Below, piece after piece: positions 10,089 through 22,386 of a DNA stretch of 44,323 nt. Below the pieces are notes generated by a model. It worked only from the letters and a program-made list of their open reading frames with translations. It searched no databases and was not told the origin of the DNA. Within the stretch, counting starts at the first letter, position 1, and every line of letters begins with the position of its first letter. The DNA lies in assembly GCA_000388065.2 (NCBI GenBank), contig KB932201.1, one strand, 5' to 3'. Source of the DNA: Fonticula alba ATCC 38817. Its lineage: Eukaryota; Protista; Nucleariida. The position numbers were made by a program, and so were the translations under genes.

Positions 10089-13000
10089 ATGTTGTCTGCG
10101 CGCGCCCGGGCCCTGCTCCATCGGCCCCCCTCCGGCGCCGCCGGGTCCGTCCGGCAGTATGCCCGCAGTGCGTCGGCCCTGCTCGGGGACATCCAGCCCA
10201 CGCGGGACTTCTTCCGGGCGTCGGCCTACCTGCGAGAGTCGGTGACCGGGCAATTTTCGCTGCCCCCCTCCCTCGGTGGCGGGGGCATCCCCATCATCTC
10301 GGAAAACTCCTCCGGCCCGAGCCCCCCCCCGGCCGGCTCTGCGTCTCACCTCCCTGGCGGTGCTCCGCCGTCGCCGCCAGCGGGGACGGCCGGGGCCAGC
10401 CTCGGGCGGCGACGTGCATCCCGTCCGCGCCCGACGGCGGCGGCCGCTGCTGTTGCTCGATCGGCGGCGGCGGCGGCGGCCGCCGCCGCCACGGCAGCCG
10501 CCGCGGCCCGGCCCTCTCCCCCCTTCCCCTACACGTATGGCCCCTCGGACCTGTCACGCCATCCGCATCTGCCGCAGCTTCTGCCGGAGCAGGCCCTCGT
10601 GTCGACGGAGATGTCCCGGTCCCTGCGCGCCCTGGCCGCCTACTCCCAGGCGCAAATCATGGACGCGGCCTTGCCGTACTTCGTCAGCAAGCAGATCCCG
10701 GTGCTGGCCGAGCCGCTGGACCTGGCGCACGAGCTGATGCGGTCTTCCATCAATGGCCGGCATCAGGCCCTGCTGGATGCGGTCACCGGGACCGGGGCCT
10801 CGCTGGCGCAGACGCACCTGGAAAATGCCGTCGTCACCAAGTCCCAGCATCACCAGGGCGTGGACATGTTCATCAGCTTCCAGCCGCCGGAGCCCCGGCG
10901 CCCGGCCTTCCCCCTGCATCCCGGGGTGTCGGTCGAGGGGCAGGTGCTCTTGTCGCGGCCCTTCATCAATCGGCACCGGGCCAATCCGAAGATGTACTTC
11001 GAGCTGGTGTCGCAGCTCCGGCACCTGAGCCTGTCGCACTTTCACCCGCTCTTCCGTCAGCACTATGCCGGGGTGTTGTCGCAGCCGGCGGACGATGTCC
11101 TGCTGCAGCACCTGGCCAGACTGACTCCCGGGGCATCTTCCAACCCGGGGCACTTGTATTCCCTCCGCCAGTCGACCCTGGCCCTGGGAGTCGAGGCGCC
11201 GGTGGAGATGCCGGCCGTCGGGCCGGCCACCAGCCCGGCTGCCATGCAGCTCGTCAGCCCTTCGGCCGGGGCCCCGGGCGACGGGCCGGCCGGCTCCGGC
11301 CCCCCCTCGGGGCGGCACTTTCCCCAGCCCCTGCCTCCGCGTTTGGCCGCGGCCATCGAGGCCGCCGAGCACCATGGCATCCTGCTGTCCGGCTACTACC
11401 CCCCGGGGATGGCCAGCGTGGCGGACATGCGTGCGGCGGCCGAGGCCGTGGCCAAGGCCGAGGCCGAGGCCGCGGCCTTGACCCCCGCCCCGCCGGCCAG
11501 CCTCCTCCAGTCGCGGCACTTCATCGAGCTACTGGAGGCCCTGGAGCGCGCGCCCGGTCGCCAGGCCGCCGCCCAGGAGGCCACCCGGCTGCATCCCTTC
11601 CGCCAGCCGATGGCCCCGGCCACCGTGATCCATTCCCTGCTCCAGCGGTCTCCCCTTCAGAAGATGCCCCTGAGCGAGATGCTGGCGGCGCAGCAGCTGT
11701 TCCTGGCCTCGCCGGCCCCGACGATCTTCGACCACTTTGGCCGGCAGTTCCTGACCCTCCTGCGGCGGGAGCTTGGCCGGGTGGTGGCCGCCGGGCACTC
11801 GGATGAGTTGGCCCAGCGGTTCCTGCTGGCCACGCAGTCCTGCTGGTCGGACACGAGCCGGGCGCTGGCATGGCCGCCGGCGCGCACCGGGCCGGCCGGC
11901 CCGCCCGGCGTGCTGGGCCTCTCCCCGGGGCCGCTGGACACCGGTCTCTTGGGCCCGGACGACATGGCGGCCCTGGCGCCATTGCTGGACCAGGCCTTTG
12001 CCGGGTTGATGCTTGGGTCGTCGGATGGCGAGTCGGCCGGCGAGGCCCGGGCGCCCAGCACCGCCAGCCGGCCCTCGCTCGAGGCCCTCCTGACCTTGCC
12101 GTTCCCGGTGGCGCCGCCGGCCGATTCGCCGCTCCTGCAGCCGGCCACTCGAGACAGCTTGACCCTGCTCCTGCGCTTTTACCAGGCTCTGGCGTATGCC
12201 CTGCGTCATGCCCATGCCAGCCAGCAGTCGGCCGTGGCGCTGCTCATGGTGGATCTCTTCCAGGCGGCCTTCCTGACCGAGGGGTGTCCCCTGCCGGAGG
12301 GCCTGTTTCCCGAGGCCTCGACCAGTGGCCGGACGCGTGCCGGCGCTTCGGCGGCCACTCGGCAGGTGTCGGTCTTCGATCCGGCCCGGTGTCGCGGCCT
12401 GCCCCGGCACTTTTCCCTGCTGCTGGAGAAGTTGCACCTGGACCCGCTGATGGACTTGCCGGATTTGGCCGGGCGGCTGGTCCTCTCTCCGGACTTCTAC
12501 CTGAAGACCCTGGGCCCGTTGCTTCGCGTGGCCCCGATGGGCACCGGCTCGCCGATGGACCAGATGGTGGCCAGTGTTTTTGCCACGCCCGAGGCGTTGG
12601 CCCGCGGCCAGGCCCCAATGGCCAGCAATGCGGTTCCGCTGCTGGACCAGATGCAGCGCGAATTGGCCGGGCGCCTGTTGGCCGAGCTCGGCTCGCACAT
12701 GGAGTCCGGCCGGGTGATCCACCACTTGCATATGGTGGCCCTCTTTGAGCCGGCCCTTCCCCGGGCCGAGGCCGCTTCGGACTCCCCCCTGGAGTCGCTG
12801 TTGCAGATGTTCCACCACCCGCACACCAGCCCCCTGGCGGCGGTCCTGCAGCAGCTGCCCTATCTGCACATCAAGGGTGCGGTTGGCCTGCTGGCGCAGC
12901 GCTTTGCCCAGGAGGCCGGGCTGCCGGCCGCCTCGGGGAATCCCTTTGTGGCGCTCGGCCAGCCGGGGGTCCCGCTATCCGAGCTGCTGGTGCCGCCGTC

Positions 13001-16000
13001 GCTGGAGCCGGCCATGGCCACGGGCGAATCGCCAAGCGGCCGGGGGTCCGCGGCCGAGTCGCACCTGGACAGTCTCGGCATGCTGACCAGCGCCACGATG
13101 GCCGCTTCGTACCGGCGACTGTCGGAGCAGGTGGCCGTGTGCCGGCTGTTTGGCCTGCTGCTGGCGCCCTTTGCCGAGACGGCGGCCTATCCATTGGCCT
13201 CCGGGGCCGAGGTGATCGCCGATGGCCAGGACATGCTCCGGGCATTTGCCGACCTTGGGGCGGACTTCGGCCGGGTGCCGGACTTCAGCGAGATGGACAT
13301 CCGTCCGCGTGATACGGCCATCCAATTCCTGCTCAATTTGCCGGGCGCACGGGTCAGCGCGCCGGGGCTGTCCGACCGCCTGGCGGCGTCTCCGTCGCTG
13401 CCTTTCGCGGCGGTCGCCACGACCATCGGCGCCACCCCCCCGGGCGAAGACCGGTCCATGGGCATGCCTGAGTCCGGGGCCCGGGACCATGGCGGCAGTG
13501 GCAGCGGCGGCGGTGGGATCCCCACCAGCCGGCGCCCCTCGGCGCGGTCCCTCGGGACCCAGCCTCCGGCCGGTTTGTCGCCCTTTGCCCCGTCGGTGGC
13601 GCCGCTGGGCGGGCCGAGCATGTCCGGGCCCCGGGGCCCGGGGCCCAGCGGGGCCCCGGCCGCCGCGGCCACCACCCTCTCGGCCTTGCAGTTCTATGCC
13701 CACCACTTTGGGGCCGACGTGCGCAATGAGCAGGAGGATGACTTCATGCTGCACATGATGGAGCCGCTGTTGCACCAGCCCTCGGCCCCCACGCGCCAGG
13801 CTCTGCGGTATTACTCGCAGCTGTTTGACGGGTCGAATGTGGCGCGGATTTTGGCCAAAATCCGCGCGACCCAGCCCCCGGTGGCGGCTCCCCTGGCCAA
13901 TCCCCCGGCGGCGCCCTTGCAAATGATGTTCCGCTGGTGGCCGCTGTTTGCCATGTTGCCGGCCTTGCAGGGCCCCCAGCCGGAGCGCGATTTGCTGGAG
14001 CTCTTTTCGAATGGCGACCCGCTGTCGGCCGATCGGTCCGGGTCCATGGTCTATGACCTGCTGCTGGACTGGGGCACCTTCGTGTCGAAGCAGCCCCTGA
14101 GTGATCCCTTCTCCGGCCAGATGAACTCCGGCATGGCGGCCACCAGCGGGCTGGCCATCCGGCGGCCGGAGCCCGTGCCGGTGCCGGTGCCGATGGCGCC
14201 GGCCGCCGACGAGCCGGGCTCCAGCCCGGCCCCGGGGCCTGACGCCGGGCCCCTGGCCGAGCTCCGGCACTTCTTCGGGCTCTCGCCGCGCGAGTACAAG
14301 CGCGCCACGGCGGACATGTACTCGCGCGAGTTGGAAGACGCGCGGGCCATCGCCGCGCACATGCTGCACTCGATGCTGCTGGCCCAGACGACCGACGAGC
14401 TCCGTGCCTCGGCGGCCAATTCGCACCTCTCGCTGTCCTTCGTGACGCAGGAGACCCCGGGCGGCCCCGGCCGCCGGGTCATGGAGCCGCAGTTTGACGC
14501 GTGGGAGGAGAGCGGCGTGGACTTCGACGGTAATGACATGCTCTTCAGCGATGACGATGACAATGATGATGGCGATGCCTTTGTTGTTGGCGCCGGTGAC
14601 CGGGCCACTGCCATGGCCAATGGCCGGAACCTGCTGCTGAGCCTCGATGACGATGTCGACCATGATGATGGGCATGCTGGCGCTGCTGCTGCTGCTGCCG
14701 CCGCCGATGACGATGATGATGTTGACATCGGCCGGGGCGCCGATGTCGATGGAGGGTCCTCCTCGGATGGGGGGGCCTTCCTGTCGGATGGCACGTCCTC
14801 CGGTGATGAGCTCCTGGTGGATGACCGGGGCCGGGGCGCGGCCGGCCGCCGGAGCCCCGCGGATCCGGACGCCGCTGGCCCGGCGGGGCTGCATGCCACG
14901 CATGTGGACGCCGCGCGCGAGGCGCTCCTTCGTTACCTGGACTCGGAGTTTGTGCCAGCCGGGCGGGTCATCCGCACGGAGGTGGACTTCGCGGCGGTGG
15001 CCTCGCGGGCTCTGTTGCAGCCGCTGGCTCTGGGGGCCGAGCGGTGGCCGGTCCCCGGGGTCCCGGTGTCCGGGCGTCATGCGCAGCCCCTCCCCTCGGG
15101 GGTTCTGCTGCAGCACCGGCACCCGAGCTTCAACCGGTATCTGGAGCTGGCCGGCATGTCGAGCGAGCACCATGTCCGCCGGGAGCAGGCCCTGCGGCAG
15201 CTCCGTGGCATTGAGCGCCATGTGCGCAGCCAATTGGAGGAGGATCGCGCGGCGGCGGCGGCTCTGGCGGCCGCCGGGCCGAGTGATGTCCTGCCGCCGG
15301 GGCCACTGCTGTCGGCCGAGCACCTGGCCCGGGTCCGGGAGGTGGTGGCCCGCGCGCGGATGGCCTACTTCAGCGCCGAGTGCGAGCTGGCCGCCGTGCA
15401 GTGTAGCCTGAGCCAGGCCCATGTGCGGCTTCTGAGCGACATGCTGGGCTCGTTGGTCCTGCGTCCGGAGGCCGAAGTGGATGGTCGGCCGTGTGTCGCC
15501 GAGTATCGGGACTTGGAGGCCGGGCTGGCCGAGCTCCAGGCCATCACCGACCGCCTGGTCCGGAAGTCCTTCACGGCGGCCATGTTCAGTGACTTGCGCG
15601 AGGCGCGCCAGCACCTGGCCCAGGTGGACCAGTGCCGCACGCGAGCGGCCGAGCTTGGTAGCCGGATCTTCGGGCTGGCCGAGCAGGCCGCCGCGCCGGA
15701 TTGGCCGTTTGCCGCGGCTGACGGGCCTTTGGCCGCGGACGTTGTCCCCGGCGCGCCGGGGACCATGATGAGCATGTCCTCGGCCAATGCCACCCCGGGC
15801 CTGCCGATGTCCATGTCCATGGCCAATGTGGCGAGTGCCGGTGGTGGTGCCGGTGCCGGTGTCGGTGCCGATGGTGGTGCCGGTGCTGGGGCCAATGCCG
15901 GCGCTGGCGGATCGCCGACATCGCCCACAGGTGGCCGTGGCCGTGGTCGTAGCCGCACTGGCCGGTCGGCCACATCGGCCCCGGCGACCGGCCCGCGGCG

Positions 16001-16202
16001 CGAGCGTGATGCCACCTCGGGCCAGCTATTTGGCATGGGCCGACGCCGTGCCTCCACTTTGGCGGGCGGTATGGCCCTCTCTTCCGCATCGGCTGCGGCT
16101 GCACCATCGGCTGCGGCTGAGGCTGCGGCTGCGGCTGAGGCTGGCACTGCTGCCGACGGCAAGGCTTCTGCCAAGCCGGCGATGTCTCCCTCTTCTGCTC
16201 CC

Positions 16203-16240
<38 letters not shown>

Positions 16241-16906
16241 CGAGCAGGCCACGGCCCCGGCCCAGCCGCGGAATCCCTATGACAAGAACATCTTCGACAT
16301 CGATGGCGACGCGGATCTCATGGATGACTTGTACTTCCGGCGCTGGCGCAAGGCCATCGAGTCGCCTTCGCATGCCATCGTCAAGCCGGCCTCCTCCGGG
16401 GACTTCCCCGGGGGCGGGGCCGATGTGCTTGGCCCGGGGGCCGGGCTCTTTGGCGTCGGTGATGAGGAAGACATGCATGTCATCGACGATGATCACCCTT
16501 TGCTGAAGGAGTTCGACCAGATGCTGGCTGATATTTTCGAGACGTGCGTCTCTCTCTCTCTCTCCCTCCCTCTCTCGCTCCCTTCCTCCCTTCCTCTTGC
16601 TCGCTCGCCCTCTCTCTCTCTCTACCTTGTCCCTTTTCCCCTGACTCTTGTTGATGTACTGACCCCCTCCCCCTCCCTCCCCTCTTCTCACCCTGCCCAA
16701 TATGCAGCTTCACCGATGACCACGATCAAATGGTGTCAATGTTGGATCCGAAGTCACGCCGCCTGTTGATGCAGGAGTTCTCCGAGCTGACGGCCCCTCG
16801 GGAGGAGGATGGTGCCGATCTGGATGTCATTTCGCCGCTGCTGTCCAGCCCGGCGCCGGCCAGCTCAGCAGCCCTGTCGAATGCCCTGGCCTACAAGCAG
16901 CGACTG

Positions 16907-16953
<47 letters not shown>

Positions 16954-17050
16954 TGAGCAGACTGCTGCTGCCGCCGCCACCGACGACGATGAGGAGACCA
17001 AGCCCTCAGCCCACGAGGAGTTGAAGGACTCATCGAAGATCGACAAGTAG
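10089..17050 (+). CDS. Giant hypothetical protein (~2265 aa) with putative mitochondrial presequence; join(10089..16543,16708..17050)
   Basis: 6.45-kb stop-free exon with strong GC3 codon bias. A phase-2 GTGCGT..CAG intron (16544-16707) joins in frame to the 16730..17050 ORF. The N-terminus MLSARARALLHRPP..VRQYARS is Arg/Ala/Leu/Ser-rich with no acidic residues. No family recognised. Confidence 0.8.
16910..16951 (+). repeat. (CAG)14 encoding poly-Gln near the C-terminus of the giant protein
   Basis: Read directly from the sequence. Confidence 0.95.
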
Positions 17051-17569
17051 ATGTTGCCTTGACTGCCTTTCCCCCTTCCTGTGCCTGCATCTCCTCCCCT
17101 GGTCTTCTCCCCCTCTCGCTTCCCCCCCCCCCCCTCCCCTCCCTGTCTCCCCTTTTCTTTCCCCTATCTCGTCCTTGTGTAGATCAAAGGGTGCTGCGCT
17201 TCTTCCGCCAGACTGGCGTGCATGCGCGCAACCACCCGCCCCCGTCTTTACTTGCCATTCTCCCCCTAGATTTACCCCATGTGTACCATGTACATCGACT
17301 TCCCTCTCCTGTTCAATGAAGACGCGCTTTCCCGCCCAAAGGCCAAGACAAGGAAGTATTTTATACCGATGTGAAGGGGGGAGGGGGGAGGGGGGTTGCA
17401 ACTGTCGGCGGGCATTTGCATGGTCACGGGCAAGGGAACACGCAGCCGACACACGAGCGTCGGCATGCACCCCACCGGGCATGGGGGACAGCAGAGAGGG
17501 GGCGGGAGGAGAAAGCGGGCAACAAGAGAAGGACAAGGGCGGGCATGCCAGCGAGGCAGGACCCCGCCT

Positions 17570-19515
17570 TTAGGTGGAGGGGGCGATGCCCTGGGCGGCC
17601 AGGAAGGCCTTGGCCGCGTCGGTGGTCGGGCCGCCGCCGTGGGTGATCATCCAGGCCGCGGCCTCGGTGACGCGCTCGGTCGGGACACCGGCCGCAACGG
17701 CGATGTTCCGCGCATGCAGGGCCATGTGCCCGCGATTGATGCCCTCCAGGGAGAGGGCACGCACGGCGGCGAAGTTCTGCGCCAGGCCGACACACGCCAG
17801 GATGTGCGACAGCTCGGCGGAGGTGGGGCTGCCGGCCAGGGCCAGGGCCACGCGGTATGACTGGACCGTGGTCACGGCGCCGCCCTTGGTGCCGACGGCA
17901 AGGGGGAGCTGTGTCGGCGCACGCGCGGCCATGGGCAAATCGGCCCGACGAGGCAACAGGGTCAGAGGGGGGGGGGNNNNNNNNNNNNNNNNNNNNNNNN
18001 NNNNNNNNNNNNNNNNNNNNNNNNNNNNNNNNNNNGCCACGCGAGCGGAAGGGGGGGCGGGGCGGGGAGCGCTCCCTACCAAGGGTCGTACCTCGATCTC
18101 GCCACGAAGGACGGCGTCCGGACCGGCCCCCTCAACCCAGTACTGGGTCATGGGCTGGTAGCCGGAGCCCGGGCGCTTGGCGGCATACTGGTCCACGGCG
18201 CAGAAGGCGTGGGCGCCGGCCTCGACCGCGCGCCAGTCCTGGCCGAGGGCCACGGCCGCCGCACCGACGCCATTCATGATGCCCTTGTTGTGGGTGGCCG
18301 CACGGAAGGGATCATCATGGGCGAAGGCCGCGGCCTCGACAATGCGCTGGGCCACCTGCAGGCCGTCGGACCCGGGCCGGGCCAGGGCCGCCACCGGGAC
18401 CCGGAAGCTGGCCCGGGCCAGGCGGTGGATGGCCAGGTTGGAGAGGATCCGCAGGCCGGCCCGCGGGGCCAGGTCCCCGGCATCCCCGGCGGCCAGGCGC
18501 TCCAGCATCGGGGCCAGGCCCTCGGCCACGGTGTTGCACACATTGGCGCCCATGGCCTCGCAGACGGCCACCAGCAGATGGACCACCAGGTAGGGGGTCC
18601 GCGGGGAGCGGACCTCCAGGGCCGGGGTGTCTTGGTTGGCGGGGTCGGCCGCGGCGCGCGCGTGGCGCGCCTCGAAGGAGGGGCACACCCCGGCGTCGAA
18701 GAGGTCCTGGGCCGAGGCCAACCGGGCCGGGTCCACCGTGCGCACGGTCACCGACACGAGGCCGCCACCGCGCTTGGCCATGGAGGCGCAGAAGCGCGAG
18801 TTGGCCTCCTGGCGCAGGGCCTCCTGGGCGGCCAGGATGCGCTCGGCCGCGGGGGCCAGCTGCTCCTCCGGCAGGTCCAGGATCTGGACCTGGGCAATCA
18901 TGACGTTGCGCGGGTCCGAGGTGCTGGCGGCGAAACCACCACCGGCGAGGATGGTCTGGCAAGCGGGCAGGGGTGAGTTTGTCGGGGCGTGTGTCTGCAT
19001 GTGCGGCCATGCGGCCTTGTGCGGGCCGCCTCAGGGCGGGGGCGGGGGAGTCGGGGGAGAGGCGCAGCAGGGAGGAGGACACACCTTGGCGGCGTTGGAA
19101 GCGGCGGCAATGACGGACGGCTCCTCGACGGCCATGGGCACGACGGTCGGGCGGCCGTTGATGACGAAGTTCAAGCCGACACCCACCGGCAGGCCCATGG
19201 TACTAGGTGCGCAGGGTGGAGGAGCCACGTGGGGTGGTATGTTAGAGGGGCACAAGGGGAGAGGGGGCGGGTCGAGGGCCACACTGGCAGCGGCATAGCC
19301 GGCACATACCCGACGCAATTCTCCACCATGTTGTCGGCCTGGTCGGTGGACAGGGGCAGAAGGGGGAACTCCCCGCCAGCGGCCTGGATTTCCGGCTCGA
19401 ACACCTCGGGGAAGGCCTGTTGCAGGATGGCCCGGCGCTCGGCGACCGAGAGCTTGTAGAAGCCGCTGGCCCAGGCGGGCGCGGCGGCGGGGCCGGCATG
19501 GTGAGGGGGAGTCAT
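17570..19515 (-). CDS. mvaA: Class II (bacterial-type) HMG-CoA reductase; join(17570..17908,18092..18955,19085..19202,19310..19515), ~508 aa
   Basis: Motifs SGFYKLS, ENCVG|TMGLPVG, PMAVEEPSVIAAASNAAK, EAMGAN..NT.AE, RILSNL, DPFRAATHNKGIMNG, LPLAVGTKGG, VGLAQNFAAVRAL and EGINRGHMALHARNIA match class II HMGR. Three phase-compatible GT-AG introns; no membrane or sterol-sensing domain. Confidence 0.95.
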
Positions 19516-20276
19516 GGAAGCTGTGTGTGTGTGTGGGGGGGGGGAGAAAGCGGGGGCGGGGGCGGGGGCGCGGAAGAGGCTCAAGAGCGGAGGGGGGAGG
19601 GGGAGAAGGGATGCCCGGCCCACGGGGGCCTGCGACTCCCCATGGTTGGTCTTGAGTTGGGTGAACTGGCGCATTTGTGCGGAGGAGGGCCGCCTGCGGG
19701 AGGCGCGAGCCGCGGGGGAAGGGCATGCACGGGGGCCGGGCCACACACTCTGTCCCCGGGGACGCCCTGCGTGGGGGTGGCCTGAACCGCCCGACGAGAG
19801 CGGCAAATGCAGGGGCACCGTAGCGGCGCGGCGCACGGCGGGGCGACCGGCGGGACCGGCTCTCGGCCAGCAACATCAGGCGATTCTGCGTTCGGACCTG
19901 GGACGGTCCGCCGGGACCCGGGGCCGTAACGAATGTTATTTCTCATCGCCCCCTTGCGTCGGCAGTTGGGGAGCCAAGTCGCCGGCACTTGCGGCGCGGG
20001 TTTGCCAACGGCGATCTGCGGCCGGGGAACCGGGGGCGGGGGGCGGGGGGAGGCCGGGGCAGCCCGGGGCCGTGAGCTGCGCGGTGCAAGGCGACGGCGG
20101 CGGCGGCGGCGGCGGCGGCGGCACGCGAGAAGGGCCGCACTGCAGCATGAACACACACACTTGGGCCATGCTCCGTGGTGGATTTCCCCCTCCCTCCCCC
20201 TCCGCCCTTCCTTGCCTCCCGCTTCCTTCCCCCCTCCCCGGCTGACTTCTCCTCGGTCAGGACACCACCCCTCTCG

Positions 20277-20396
20277 ATGGCTGCCGCGCGCCATGCCCTC
20301 TGGCTCGACGGGTCAGTGGCCCTTCCATTAAAGGTTCGCCTTGTGTTCCCCTCCTCCGCCCATTGCTCGGCGGGGCTCCTCTTTGCGCACCCCCCC

Positions 20397-20431
<35 letters not shown>

Positions 20432-21778
20432 CCGAACCCCTGACACGGTTTTCATCCATGCGTCCTCCTGGATGGTGGGTGCTGTAGGCTCTGCTTGATG
20501 AGGCCATTCGCCAGGCGATAGGTGCTCAGGCCGGTGGCTTGGATGTCATCATCGCCCGGCTGGTGCCTGACGCTGAGGATGGCACCCGGGCCGCGGTTTG
20601 TTCGAGGACTTCCAGCCTGCAAGACCCGAGCGGCGGGTTCGATCGCTTCGCCGAGGCCCTGGCCCGGATGTATGGCCTCACGACGGGCATGTGTGCCAGG
20701 CTGCACCAGCCGCTCTTCCCGGTGCGCATTCTCTTCGAGGGGCCCATCGTGCGATCGCCGCCCGGGCCCGGGCCGCGCCATCTGCCCGAGTACCAGCACC
20801 CGGAGCCCGGTGTGGCCCTTGTCCACGAGGAGCCCCTGTCGTCATTGACGTCGGGGTCTCCGGCGGCGCCGGGGCCCAGCCTGCTGCCCCTGGCCGGGGT
20901 GACATACTCCTGCCTGTATGTTCCCCCGGGCTGCGGTGGCGCTGGCCAGGAGGAGGCGGCGGTGGCCGGGCTGTCGGCGCGGGGCATCCCCCGGCCGCCT
21001 GTCATCCTGCCGGTGTCGGGCCCCGATCCCGGCACAGGGGCCCAGCCGGGGGAGGCCCCGCTGCGCGATCTTTTCCGGCTGGACTGGGCGCCGGCTTGGT
21101 CCCGATGCCAACAGCGCGTGGGCTGTGGCGGGGCCTTTGACCATTTGCACGCCGGGCATCGGGTTTTGCTCACGATGGCGTGGCTGTCGGCCGACGCCAC
21201 GTCGCTGGTTGGTGTCACCGGTGCGTGTGCCTTCTCCCTCGTCGCCCCTGTCGGCCATGGATGGGCACTCTCTGACTGGCGAGCTCGCAGACGACAATAT
21301 GATCCGCCACAAGGCCGACGTGGAGCATGCCCAATCGGCTGCCGAGCGCCGGCGCGGCGTGGCCAGCCTCCTGGCCGCACTGACCCTGCTCGGTCGGTCC
21401 CGGCCCGGGGACCGGGCCACCACGGCGCCGCCCTCCTGGGCCGTGGTGCCCATCTCCGAGCCGCTCGGGCCCACGCGAGATGACCCCCTGCTGACGGCGC
21501 TCGTCGTGTCGCGGGAGACCGCCTCCGGGGGGCAAATGATCAACGACGTCCGGGCGGCGGCCGGGCTGTCCATCCTACGGGTGTTCACAGTGCCCCTGGT
21601 CCCGGGCGAGGGGCCAGATGACAAGGTCTCCTCGACGTACCTGCGCCGAGTGCTGGCCCAGGCCGCGGCTGCCGCCGAGGCGCGAGGCACCGCGGCGCCT
21701 GCCGGGCCCCCCTCCGGGCCGCTTGCCAGCCCGGCCCCCGCCGCTGGCGCCCGGCCAAGTGCCCCGGACCGCTTGTAA
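20277..21778 (+). CDS. CAB4: Phosphopantetheine adenylyltransferase (Cab4/COASY-N-like cytidylyltransferase fold); join(20277..20333,20488..21220,21291..21778), ~425 aa
   Basis: VGCGGAFDHLHAGHRVLL (HxGH motif), LVGVT|DD.M..HK, PISEPLGPT..DP.LTALVVSRETASGG..IN..R and KVSST.LR. Introns are phase-compatible. The start is uncertain because another acceptor lies at 20258-20260. Confidence 0.88.
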
Positions 21779-21784
21779 GAGGCC

Positions 21785-21790
21785 AATAAA
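21785..21790 (+). terminator. AATAAA polyadenylation signal
   Basis: Canonical hexamer 7 nt after the PPAT stop, in an otherwise GC-rich context. Confidence 0.55.
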
Positions 21791-22386
21791 ATATCCCCCC
21801 CCCCCCGCCCCAAACACCCCCCTCCGGAGGCGGCTCGATCGCCGGATGCAAGGGCGCCGGGGGGCATCCGATCGCGATCGCCATGGTCACGTGCCGCCGC
21901 GGGTCCTTTCTTTTAAAACAGAACCGGCCTTTCAACAGCAATCCTCGCCGGTGGCGGGCCGGGCGGTCGCCCCCCCCCCCTGTTGGGGCCACCCGGCGGT
22001 GTGTCTCGCCAGCCCGGCGGGCGGCGGGTTGGCCGGTGGGTTGGTCGGTCGGTTCCTGGGGGCATGGGGGGTGGTGACCGGTGGATGGATGTGCTCGGGC
22101 CGGCGTCTAGTTTCCGCGCGAGGGAGGGGAGATCGCGGCGGTCTGGCCGGGTCGATCGCCCTCTCTCTCGGCCCAGTGAAGAGCGGCCCCGCCGCCATGC
22201 CGGGGGCTTGGCCCGGCCCTGCAGCCATACCTCCTCACCCGTCCTCCCCTCTGTCTCCCTTCTGTGCCTCTTTTTTCTGCCCTCCTCTTTTTTCTGCCCT
22301 CCTCTATTTCCCGCCCCCCGCCCGTCACCCCTCCCGTTCATCAGCCTCATCCACCTGGCACCCGAGGGGCGCCCCCTTCGTGGAAC

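Noticed and set aside
12975-15614. 879-aa - strand ORF (and 11529..12869)
   Set aside because: Antisense shadows of the giant + strand CDS.
17570-19515. Bacterial contamination or misassembly of HMGR
   Set aside because: Three phase-compatible spliceosomal introns in the host style, and contiguous sequence with eukaryotic neighbours.
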